From Lytechinus pictus (taxonomy: Eukaryota): 64,000 nucleotides of DNA. The notes below the pieces were generated by a model. The model made no database searches, was not told the origin of the DNA, and was given only the letters and a program-made list of their open reading frames with translations. The stretch is taken from contig NC_087251.1 of the NCBI RefSeq assembly GCF_037042905.1, positions 36,148,001 through 36,212,000 on the forward strand, read 5' to 3'. Within the stretch, counting starts at the first letter, position 1. Each line of letters opens with the position of its first letter. Shown here piece after piece: positions 1-10,745 of this stretch. A program made the position numbers and the translations under genes.

Positions 1-45
1 TAACCAATTACTTTTGTCAATTACTTTCTATAAGTCATAAATCAG

Positions 46-209
46 AGGCCCATGTCATAAAGAACTTGCAACTGTTGTAACTTTTCCAAAATAGCAACTA
101 CCATGGTAACATAAACAGGGCTCAGCAGCCAATCATAATCAAGGTTGCCATGGTAGTTGTCATAATGGCAAAGGAACAACAGTTGCAAGTCTTTTATGAA
201 ACGGGCCCC
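46..209. mobile_element. Palindromic MITE
   Basis: Long imperfect inverted arms: GGCCCATGTCATAAAGAACTTGCAACTGTTG ... CAACAGTTGCAAGTCTTTTATGAAACGGGCCC. Confidence 0.7.
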
Positions 210-467
210 TGATCAATGTATATTTTGTATGTAGCGCCACCCATTTTGTGCACTTCTTTACAGCAATAGTCTCTCCTCTTTCCTCCCTATCATGGGAAAG
301 GATGTACAGTTTTATGCAAGGGAGCACTATATAGCTAAGGGAAAAGAGAAATAAGCAATCCAGTGTAAATTGAATAATGAATTAAGTAATGAAGTAATAT
401 AATTAAAAGTAATTGACAGTAATTTAAGTCAATTACAAGTTTTCAATTACAATTACTTTCCCTTTAT

Positions 468-928
468 GGCAAGTTCCCCCAAGTCTGCGCAGTCCCTCTT
501 GTCTGCGTACGCGAGTATCTGCGCGATTCTAGTAAAAGAAGATACGCAACGAACACAAACTTTACACATGCAACACATAAACAGATATTCGTTTAAAAAT
601 CTGACTCAAAATGGTGGAAAAATAATAAATTTTTGGCATTTCATGTGACAGTCTCAAAATGCAGCCTTTCTCATCAAAATATTCGAATCGTGTGCAAAGT
701 GAATGGGTGTGCAGACATGGGGTACCATTTTTTTTTCAATCTGAGAATGACTGCCCGAGGTTTTTTCCAAGAAAATCCTAGATTTCTTTCAAATTTTTAT
801 GAGATTATCGGTTTACTTACTCATAATAATATAAGGAACATTATTAACTGAAAGATTTTGTGAAATAAAAAATAAATTCATGTTAAATCTTAACTCAAAT
901 CGTTAGGTGCGCAGACTTGGGGACCACC
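468..928. mobile_element. Non-autonomous TIR element inside an AATTAC-rich element that ends at 1027
   Basis: Inverted CCCCAAGTCTGCGCA (~477) / TGCGCAGACTTGGGG (~908). AATTAC-rich host sequence lies on both sides and ends GATCCCAACCCTG (hAT-like terminus). Confidence 0.55.
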
Positions 929-1147
929 ATCATAAAAATTTCAATTACAAATTACAACTACAACTACTCTAAAAAATGTAATCAATTACGTAATTGATCA
1001 ATTACTTTGTAATTGATCCCAACCCTGTACATATGAATGAATGGTATATTTTTGTTATAGAAGTGTTCATACTTTCTTGAGTGTATGTTGAACTTGTATA
1101 AGCCTGAACAGGGTGGCTGCAGACTGCAATTGGTTTAAGTCTAATTA

Positions 1148-2086
1148 GGGCCGTCTGCACCATCCCGAGTTTTCAAATTAGCGCGCTATTTCTGATCCGG
1201 CAAATTATCCCGATCTGAAAAATCTCGAGATTGTTTGCAGTGGAGACGCAATAATCGCGCTAGTTCGTAGGATTAATCTCGAGATTGCAATCCCAAGTCA
1301 ACTCGGGTTTATTTGCAAAATAGCGCGCTATTTTACGAATTATCCCGCTAATTCGTAGGTGCAGACACACTCGAGATTGGACTCGGGGTAATTTATTCAT
1401 GACGTCAGTCCATAATGCAATTCGCGTTCCACTTCCGCCTTGGTCAAAACAAAAACATGTGCGAAAGTCTACTTTATACACGCGAACAGACATTATTGCG
1501 AATAGCGTTCATCAATTCCTCAATCAGCAACGATGGTGTCCCAACAGTGAATGGATTTTGGGAGAGACCAGACCTATGGATATGGGGGAGGCGCTCATTT
1601 ATCGACGATGTTCATAGTCAATAACAACACTGACAGCAGTGCCGTCTTATTGGCCTTCGCAAAATGTGAGCAAATAGCATTCTTTCCTCCTCCTTTTCTC
1701 TCTCCCTCTCTCTCTCTGTCATTGCCTCCTTCTCCGCCATCATATTAAACGAAGAATACATCACTTCTTCACTCGCTGAGTGCGGCTGAGCTGAGAGGAT
1801 TGTTGCATAACACTTGTCGAATTCGGCGAAAGTGCTAGAGAAAGGAGTAGGCTACATGTATTTGATTGCATATCGCGGGAAGTTATTCAAAAGCGCGGGC
1901 CGTTGAAACTCCAAGATCCGAAAGTGCGCATGCTCGGAATATTGGGCTTGTTGCCTCGCTCGAGCAGGAATCGCTCTTCTTGCGATGGTGGAGACGGGGT
2001 TTCTTGAATCTCGAGATTAATCGCGAAGAGGGCCGATCGGGCTAAAATCTCGAGATTGAGCAAACTCGGGATGGTGCAGCACCGCC
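1148..2086. mobile_element. Non-autonomous DNA transposon, PIF/Harbinger-like
   Basis: ~24-bp TIRs GGCCGTCTGCACCATCCCGAGTTT / AAACTCGGGATGGTGCAGCACCGCC; repeated internal palindrome AATCTCGAGATT; TTA at left flank; CpG-rich. Confidence 0.65.
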
Positions 2087-2248
2087 TATTGATTTCCAGG
2101 AGCTTTTTGTTTTCTGTTTGAATCCTGTGTGCAAGGGGAGTCTTAGCTGTTACTCAAGAACCTCTGCCTACCGGTAATTATTAAAAGCGTAATTATTATC
2201 ATTGACCAAGTTTTGACCTATACAGTATATCTTTGTTTATTCTTCCAG

Positions 2249-2374
2249 CTGTGCAGCCCTCCCCCTTCTGCTCCACCACCACCAATAAGAGGTCTGGCTC
2301 CTGGTTATTATGCAGAGATGGAGAATCTTCTGAGGCAACGAGATGATGCCATAGAAGAGGCAGAGAAACTGCAG
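2249..2374 (+). CDS. Internal exon of an unidentified proline-rich/coiled-coil gene (possibly a pseudogene)
   Basis: Pyrimidine tract + TTCCAG acceptor, CAG|GTTGGT donor, 126 nt phase 0-0, open frame LCSPPPSAPPPPIRGLAPGYYAEMENLLRQRDDAIEEAEKLQ. Confidence 0.5.
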
Positions 2375-2687
2375 GTTGGTCAAGATCTTTTGCCATTATT
2401 TTTCTACCAAATTCCTTCAACTATGAATTCTTTAGATTTCATTACTGTAGGTAAAGGACCTAGAGCCATTTCGTAAAGCTGTTTGTCAGTTACATTTACA
2501 CATGACCTTATGCATAAGCTTACACATGATTGATGACCCTTTCTTGTGTAAACATTGTATCCTTATGTCCTTATGTAGGTAACTAAGCGCCTAAGAACAT
2601 GTTCCAGTCATGACTAAAGTTGTGCGTAATGTCCTGTGCAACTTTACAAACATCTGTATGAAGCACTGTCCTGTTGGGTGTTTTATA

Positions 2688-2881
2688 GGTGACACAACAT
2701 TTGCCCCTGCGACAATATCCCCGGGTTTAATTTCATCTAATATGTATGGTTAGGGTTCCAGAGGGTTTTATGTAAGGTTTAGGGTAGGGTATAGTTCTGA
2801 ACCCAGGGTTGAAGTTGGTCATTCGATTAGTGTGTGGAATTTAGAGCGGAGCAATTGTTGCCGGAGCAAATATCATGGGAC
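2688..2881. mobile_element. Short member of the GGTGAC...CATGGAAC 15-mer-repeat TIR family
   Basis: GGTGACACAACATTTGCCCCTGCGACAAT ... GGAGCAATTGTTGCCGGAGCAAATATCATGGGA. Related copies at ~17178-17290 and ~52906-53132, and the 4-kb element at 23877-27867. Confidence 0.6.
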
Positions 2882-3073
2882 TGTTTTATAAAGATGTTTA
2901 TGAGTACTGGTGCTCTTGTGGTAATGATATATCCAGGGGAGACCTTACCTGGGGCTCGGGGTGATTTGGTCCCCCGAAATTCTCAAAAGAGCTGTGGAAG
3001 ACTCAAGTTTAAAAAAAATCCTGGGATATTCAATTTATCTGCAATGTCAAAGGTTAATTTATATAAATCCAAT

Positions 3074-3300
3074 GGGCACGTCATGGTCTCGTGGTTCTGA
3101 CTCTCGCCTTTCAAACAGAGGGTCGTGGGTTCGTATCCTATTCGTGGCGTGTGTTTTCTTTCAAGAAATTTATCCACACTGCTGCACTCAACCCAGTTGA
3201 GGTAAATGGGTACCGGCAGGAAATCATTCCTCAAAAAGCTGTGTGCACCTGAATCGGTAGCTTAGCTTAGCCGGGTAATAATAATAGCAGGGCCCACTGG
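3074..3300 (+). mobile_element. tRNA-derived SINE with Nin-domain-like core
   Basis: A-box-like TGGTCTCGTGG, B-box GGGTTCGTATCC, core CTCAACCCAG..GTAAATGGGTACC. Related copies at ~34735-34948, ~11120-11175 and ~4300-4430. Confidence 0.7.
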
Positions 3301-3396
3301 GAGAACATGCTGAAATGTATAGCAGCAAGCTAGGTACCCCAGCATTCATGATAATAATAATAATGCTTTTCATTTATATAGTGCTTTTAACAAGTG

Positions 3397-4179
3397 TAGG
3401 GACAGTGATTTTCCATTTCAAAAAAAGGTATTTTCCATTTCAGAAAATCTGAAATTCTGTTTCAGCATGTCTGAAAACGGAAATTCCATTTCTCCATAGA
3501 CTTTGTGTACATTAAAAGGTGATAATTCCGTTTACATGGAAAATCAATATGCATTGAGTAGCGATGTCACAACACTCGCGCTGGCCAAAATTTGTATCTG
3601 CCACTGTACTAACAACGCATTAGAATCCGTTCTAATCAGATCTGTATGGGCACACAAAATATTTTGACAAACACATTTAACATGAATACATCCTCACCTT
3701 TCACATTATTCCTTTTATTTTATGGTCGATAATTTGGGTTTTTTTGGACATCGTTTTTGAGCAGTAACGATTTTCGCCTATCCGCCATTTTGGATTTCAA
3801 GAGTGTATGCCGCGATATCTTGTATCACCGAACGTAGAGGGTAGCAACACACGGCCGTGTTGTCAAAGTCAAACAATGTGTGCATGTGAATGTTTTCGAT
3901 ATGGCCGGGGGCGAAGGGTACGATCGACTTGAGTGATGGAGTCGAGTACAGTCACAAAGTGTGGATTGTCATGATTGTAGCGAATTGAGATCATGTTTTG
4001 TGGCCAGTTAATATTCATTTCTTGTTAAGATTTTAGAGTAATTACTGTTGCTGTTCTGTATATTTTGAGGAAAAACATGTTTTCCGTGATTTTCCGTTTG
4101 AAATGCCACTTTCCGTTTCAAAAGGCTGTTTCCTTGAATTCCATCCGTTTTCCGCGATCGCAGAAAATCACTGTCCCTA
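3397..4179. mobile_element. hAT-like non-autonomous transposon
   Basis: TIRs TAGGGACAGTGATTTT / AAAATCACTGTCCCTA; flanking direct repeat CAAGTG on both sides; subterminal TTCCGT/TTCCAT motifs. Confidence 0.8.
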
Positions 4180-4484
4180 CAAGTGTTTCTATGCGCTTTA
4201 CATAGAAATTAACACAAAATTATAATAAAAATTATTGAACATTTATATATATATATAGTATGCGACTCTTAAGTCGTACTTAAATCTTTGTGAAACACCC
4301 CCAGGTGTAGTAAATGGGTACCTGGTACCTTGAGCACCCGATAAAAGTAGTCATGCTAAAACTGCGGTAATACTATGCAGTACTTAAAAACATGTTAATA
4401 AGCTCTATATAAATGTTGCATATTATTATTACAACTAAGAATCAAGATCTCAATATTCTCTTAAATTTGTGTTTCTCTTTTCAG

Positions 4485-4681
4485 CAAGCACGGAGTGCTC
4501 CCCACAAGAGTAAAGCCCTGGAATCAAGGGTTCATCTGGCAGAAGTGGCCAACAGGAATCACAGAATATAGAGCTCAATTAGGAAGAATTTCTTTTTATG
4601 CTGAATGATGAACTCAACAAACTCAGGTCAATGGTCAAGATAATGCCCAGAAATATCCCCCCCCCCCCCCCAGAACCAGTG
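4485..4681 (+). pseudogene. Decayed exon copy 1 of a tandemly triplicated exon
   Basis: TTTCAG acceptor, GTG|GTAAG donor; QARSAPHKSKALESRVHLAEVA..., then a frameshift/stop, then ...DELNKLRSMVKIMPRNIPPPPPEPV. Confidence 0.65.
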
Positions 4682-5783
4682 GTAAGTTGTGCAATATTTA
4701 TGAATATTGTCTACACTGTGCGTCCCAGAAAAATACAAAACCCGGAATTATCGATGCTTTATCATTTCTTAATAAAAAATGTCATAGACAAATGACTTAT
4801 CATGGTAAAACTCAAATTATACCCTTTTATCTAATATTACTTGGACAATTATTCATTCTGCATTAGTTTGTTAAAATGATCCGATGAAAGGAGAGTGAAA
4901 GATCATTTGGCAGATGGTATCTGAACTTCAAATTTTTTTTTTGCTCAATTATGCTTGAAGGAATAATCTTAGTTTTACCATATGAATATGGAGCCTCTAA
5001 GCTTTACAATGATAGGTAATTTGTCTATTATATTTGTGATTATGTTATGATAAATCTCCAATAGTTAAGTTTCATATATTCTGCACTTTATAGGGTATTT
5101 TTGCGATGATTTAAGAAAATATATTTTAGTATGCATGAAATGTAGATGCAATATCAAATTTTGAAGAAAAAAAAATTCTATCTGTATCATGTATCAGCGA
5201 TTATGTGAGTGAAAATTTGAGGTAATTTAATCAAGGTCATATGTCATTTCAGGTCAAAACCTTGGATTATAATTTATAATTTGTCCTCGTTTCATAAGTA
5301 AATGGTCATATCCACTCATTTCCATTTCCTTCAGGCTTGTAATTCAAGTGTATTTTTGCATGTTTATGTACATGTTTTACTCAAAATGTTAGAATTCAAT
5401 TTTCAATTTATGTAGGGTACATTTCTTCATAGTACATTTTTCATTACATCACAAATTCAAATGGGGAAAATTATGAAGAGCACCAAAGATTTTCAAGGAC
5501 AATAAGAGGGACAGTGCAGCCAGTCAACAGGGGTAGCAATAATATTGCCCCTTTTTTGGTTTTGAATTATTACAATGTCTATCCAACAGATACATGAAAA
5601 ACAAAAAATGTTTGATATTACAATGTCACAGAGTTATCAATCCTGTGTATATTGATTTGTGTAATGCTGCAGGCAAGTCTGCCAGAGTCATAGTGTACCA
5701 AAGTGATGATGTCACAAAAAACTTTTTTAGCATTTCAGCGCTTTTGATACCATATTTTGGTAGAACATGATGAAAAACCTCCA

Positions 5784-5992
5784 CAACCCAAATTTGGTGG
5801 GAATCGGTCCATGGGGGTCTTAGATATGACCTCATGAGTACATAATAAGCCCCATTGAAGTCAATGTATTGTTGGCCTGGTTCTAAATGTTAGGAACTAG
5901 GCCAATAATACATTGACTTCAATGGGGCTAATTATGTATTCATGTGGTCATATCTTGGGGCCCCATGGACCGATTCCCACCAAATTTGGGTT
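5784..5992. repeat. Near-perfect ~210-bp hairpin (centre of a palindromic MITE)
   Basis: CAACCCAAATTTGGTGGGAATCGGTCCATGGGG...CCCCATTGAAGTCAATGTATT / AATACATTGACTTCAATGGGG...CCCCATGGACCGATTCCCACCAAATTTGGGTTG. Confidence 0.85.
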
Positions 5993-5999
5993 GATATAC

Positions 6000-6462
6000 A
6001 CAACTCAGTGATATGCAAATGAGAGAGTCAATGATGTCCATCACTCACTATTTCTTTTGTTTTTATTGTTTGAATTATACAATATTTCAATTTTTACAGA
6101 TTTGACAACAAGGACCAACTTGACTAAACCACAAAACGTTAAAACAATAGAAATACCACATGTTCAGGGAGGAATACAACTTTGTTTTACAGAACAATGA
6201 GGAGAAAATTAGAATATTTCATATGACAGGCCTGCATATGATAAAATACAAAAGAAATAGTGAGTGGATGACGTCATCAGTACGCTCATTTGCATACCTA
6301 CCAGGATGTACATATAACTTTTTTTTTTAATTAAGCGAAACTTTGAAATGTCATAACTTTCTAATTTTACATCCGATTTTGATGAAATTTTCAGTGTTAT
6401 GCTTGATAGATTTTTCTCCTTTTATTCAAATCAACTTTTATGAGGGGTGGACTTATCCTTTG
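6000..6462. mobile_element. Partial copy of the TTAA (Kolobok-like) MITE family
   Basis: Homologous to 56172-56727; ends GGGGTGGACTTATCCTTT. Other partial copies at ~10908-11050, ~21550-22070 and 23348-29940. Confidence 0.65.
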
Positions 6463-6623
6463 ATAATTTTCGAAATGGAAAACAGAAAATGTTTGGTATT
6501 TCAATGTCACAGAGTCATTTAATCCTGTGTATGTTGATTTGTGTATAGAGGCGAGACCATCAGAGCCATTTCACTTCAGAACCGATAATCAAATTTTATC
6601 TTAATGTATATTTCTCTCTACAG

Positions 6624-6812
6624 ATGGCATATACTGCTATTCACAAGAACAGATTCCTGGAATCAAGGGTTCATCTGACAGAAGTGGCCCAATAGGAAGC
6701 AGAGAATATGGAGCTAGATTGGGAAGAATTTATTGTCATGCTGTAGGAAGAACTCGACAAACTCGGGTCAATGGTCAAGAAAATACCCAGCAATATGCCA
6801 CTTGAACCTGTG
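6624..6812 (+). pseudogene. Decayed exon copy 2
   Basis: CTACAG acceptor, GTG|GTAAG donor, 189 nt: MAYTAIHKNRFLESRVHLTEVAQ*EAENMELDWEEFIVML*EELDKLGSMVKKIPSNMPLEPV (two in-frame stops). Confidence 0.7.
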
Positions 6813-7044
6813 GTAAGTTGTGCAGTATACAGTGCATCCCAGAAACATTGTCCCTCCGTGGCCTTTGATTATTACATTGTATAATCAACAGGTAATGTAA
6901 AAAAGAAAATATTTGATGTTTCAATGTCACAAAGTCATCAATCCTATGTATATTGATTTGTGTAAAGCAGGTGACATTGTTAGAGCCATTCCACTTCAGA
7001 ATAAAGAACTAAGTCTCATCTTAAATTTATATTTCTGTCTACAG

Positions 7045-7231
7045 AGGGTATAGAGTGCTGTTCATGAGAGCAAAGCCCTGGAATCGAGGGTTCTACTAGC
7101 AAAAGTGGCCCAATGGGAAGTACTGTATATGGAGGTAGATTAGGAAAAGTTGGTGCATGCAGGAGGATGAACTCGACAAACTCGGGTCAATGGTCCAGAA
7201 AATGCGCTGCAATATGCCACCACAACCATTG
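7045..7231 (+). pseudogene. Decayed exon copy 3
   Basis: CTACAG acceptor, TTG|GTAAG donor, 187 nt with stops and a frameshift. Upstream intron sequence is also shared with copy 2. Confidence 0.7.
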
Positions 7232-8031
7232 GTAAGTTGTGCAGGATTCACAATTATTATCTACAGTGTTTCTCAGAAAATAATGAAACCAGAATTATTT
7301 ATGCTTTATCCTTTGTATTCAGTTTTAGATAAATGACTGATCATTGTAAAGCTCAGCTTCAACTCTTTCATCTGATTTAAATTGGACAATTAGTCATTCA
7401 TACACGATTAGAAAAAAATTTCTCAAGAAGGGGATACCCCAAAATCATTTGGTGGATGGTGTCTGAACTTCAAAAAGAAAATCACACGTCACAAAAGTTC
7501 AATATCTGCTCTTCAAGTTTTGTGCTGTGCTTGTTTAAAAATCGGGGCAACATCAACTCTAAAAGATCTACGCCGAAATTACCCAATCCATTATTCATCA
7601 TCTAGAGTGTCAAAGCATAGCCTTCATATGACATCTGGGCCCTTTAACTCAAAGCATAGCAATTGACCATACACATCTACATGTATAGTGAGCTGTCATA
7701 AAATCTGTGTAGTAGAAATTGGTAAGAATTCTGGATTGATTACAGGTAGACCAATATGTGTTCTCGTTTCAGTTAAAATTCAATATCATGCATTCTCTTG
7801 ATGATAAAATCTTACTTATGTTCCATATTTGATATCAATTTGTATCAATCACAAAGCTTTGTCTTTTTCTTTACCACCTTCTCCACATATTTCATTAAAC
7901 AATTCAATATGATATATTTATGGCATAAATTCAGAATTAACAATATACTGATTTCGTGATGTAATTTCAGATGATACACGTACATGATTTCAGTTATGAC
8001 TCCTTTCGGTTTTAAACCCAAACCAGGCTCA

Positions 8032-8190
8032 GGGGAGCGTTTCATGAAAGGACTTGTCGGACGTTTTATCCGACAAGTCCCACTTTATCCGACAGTTACC
8101 AAAGTAACAGTGCTTCTTAGCCAATCAGAATCAAGGAAAGATGTCAGATCTGACAACTTGTCGGACGGAAATGTTGATGAAACACTCCCC
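8032..8190. mobile_element. Short MITE with GGGGAG(C/T)GTTTCAT TIRs
   Basis: GGGGAGCGTTTCATGAA ... TTGATGAAACACTCCCC. Relatives at ~15921-16035, ~38150-38400 and ~54404-54552. Confidence 0.7.
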
Positions 8191-10479
8191 TGTTCTCTCC
8201 CCCCTTGTGACCTTGGCTGCTGATATGAATTTCATATGAATTAAGCCAATGAATGTGTGAATCATACTTTTTACTCTAACTCAATAAATAAAACTCATGG
8301 AATGCTAATTTTTGGTGTAAATAGTTTTTTTTTAGCATTCATTACAAATGTGCTGGAAAAAAATCAGTTTGAATATCAATTATTATATATTTCTTTGCTT
8401 TTGTAAATTTATGTATTTCTCCTTTAAAAAAAATCTTTTGTCTTTTTATTTTCTTTGGGCCAGATTCATTGCAGAACCTTTTTAAAGCATAATTATGCTA
8501 AAATCAATTGAGTTTTAGCTGATGAAATAAAAAATAGTCATATCTCTATAAGATGAGAAAATTCCATTTGAATTGACTTTGTTCACAGAAACATTATTTT
8601 TTTTTAGCAATTTGGGTCTGACATGCATTTACAAAATGTTAGGTAATTTTGGAACCATGTACCTGGCCCTCACAAATTTGGTCTCAAAAGATGGGCAAGA
8701 CATGACAGTAAAAAAACCTGGTCAAAATTTTTGTGTGGCAATACGGTCGCAGTAGTTGCAAATATACATGTGAAAATGAACATTGTGCCTTAAATTGCAA
8801 TATTCAAATTTCTTTTCCAAAACATATCCAATTTAAAGTACTGAATTTATAAACATCTGAATTTTTGGAAGTGTTTTTGTTGATATATATCGTACATATA
8901 ATGATGTAAAACCTGTTGAAATTTGTTGAAAATGTTTCTGTATAATCATAATGAATATCATAAGTGCATTTTCCCCAATGCAGATATTTCTGAGAAAAGG
9001 ACTTGTTAAAATAATTTTTTTTTTTTTCACTTTACCCCTACAGTCATGTCGCTCAATGTACGTCATGGATACGACCCCTATCTGGTGTCTACCATCTTCC
9101 AAGCATAAATAAGAGAGACAGTCTATCTGAGACGAGGACATAACACCAATCTTAGAATCATTTTCTACAGGGAGTGTCTGGTTTGAAAAGTTATTGGTCT
9201 TTATGTGATCATGTAGATCATATTAATTGAACAAATCATCACTTTAAACTTTATGTAAATATATCCAAAACTCTTTATCACCAAATATGGGATTCTTTAT
9301 TTATTTTTCCTCATGAACCCATCATTTTTATGTGTTTTATGACTTTTGTGTAGCCTAAGCAGCAGGTCCAAGCTATTATCTTTTTTGCTGAAATTTCATT
9401 GTATCTGAATTATCTGTTGTTTCATTATGTAGGGCATGGTTACTAGGAGTAAAAAGTAATTTGTATATAAGGTTGGAAATTTTCAAGTGTTTGGCTTAGA
9501 ATTAATTCTATATTGGCTGGGGCATATTGGGAGATCATATGGGTGAAAAGGCTTCCCTGAAATTTTGGTCGTCAACCCGATAATTGGCATGCACGCTGCC
9601 TTGGACCTAATCTACAAAATTGTATGATGTTTATTTCATGAAAATTGCTATTAACTATGTTAATTCATGCACAAGTGGTATGTAAAATCATACCTTTTTG
9701 CTCCCAAAAGTAAAGCTACAAATGACCTAATTTTTGGTGTAGAAACTGTGTTGTTCTTCGCAAATGCTCTTGAAAAAAATAATTGATACCAGATCAATTT
9801 CTTATGTATTGGATTGTTTCTGCAATTTGTTTTATGTATTTCTTTTTTTTACCTTTGCTTTTCATTGTATTTTAGATGAAATTTGTTGGTGATCAATTAA
9901 TTTGAATCAATGAGAGTAAATGTACTCATTTATCAATATTTGGCTGAAAACACAATTTGTCCAAAAATTGTACACAAAATCACGTTTTAGAGCAATTTTT
10001 TGTCTGATATGCTTGTACAAATTATGCATATCTTCGGAACTGCATTTCTGGATGCTACAAATTTGGTCTTAAAATATGCAAAGAAAGTCACAAAACAACA
10101 TGGTGAGAGTTTTTCATGTTAAAAAAATATTGCATGAGCGTCAAGCAGGCCCTTCAAGCCCCCCTTCCCCCCCCCCCCCACCCCGGCCTAGTTAGGAAAG
10201 TTTCTCTTGATGAAGTATTTATTTATTTATGTGTTGACAATTCTGCAAAAGTGGATCCGAAGGTTTTCCAGAGTTTTTGCCTATTGTGTTTTATCTCTGG
10301 TTTTTTACCCTGGATCTACTTGTCGTAGAATTATTCTTCCCCCCCCCCCCCCCTTTCGTGCACATTACTATTATACCTATTTTCCCATTGATTTCATTAA
10401 TATTTATTTTCATCATACATTAATTACACCCAAAAAATTTAGAATATTTTGTAAGTTGTTAATTTCGAGATAAAGGTTT

Positions 10480-10745
10480 TTCTATGCTCAGAAATATGAT
10501 GTATTTTGTGTTATTAATCTTTAACCTATTTGTTTAGGCCTATCAGCAACAATCAAAGTTTGTTATTACCATATTCAATTTATATCTGTTAATTTCTAGC
10601 ATTAATATCTGCATACGCGATAAAATATATTTCAGAAGAATGAATGATGTCATTAGCATAAATAATAAACAAAGGACCTAGTATAGTTATTTGTGGGACA
10701 CCAAATGTTATAGACAAAATATCAGATTAATCATCATTAAAAGTC
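10480..10745 (-). mobile_element. CR1/L2-type LINE RT remnant
   Basis: Minus-strand translation FGVPQITILGPLFIIYANDIIHSSEIYFIAYAD resembles the GVPQGS.LGP / YADD RT motifs. Confidence 0.6.

Noticed and set aside
2249..2374. Assignment to shootin-1 or a formin-like gene
   Set aside because: Only generic polyproline and coiled-coil similarity; not enough for a gene symbol.
9044..9143. Possible terminal exon (…RPLSGVYHLPSINKRDSLSETRT*) after a strong acceptor
   Set aside because: Phase does not match the upstream phase-0 donors and no homology was recognised.
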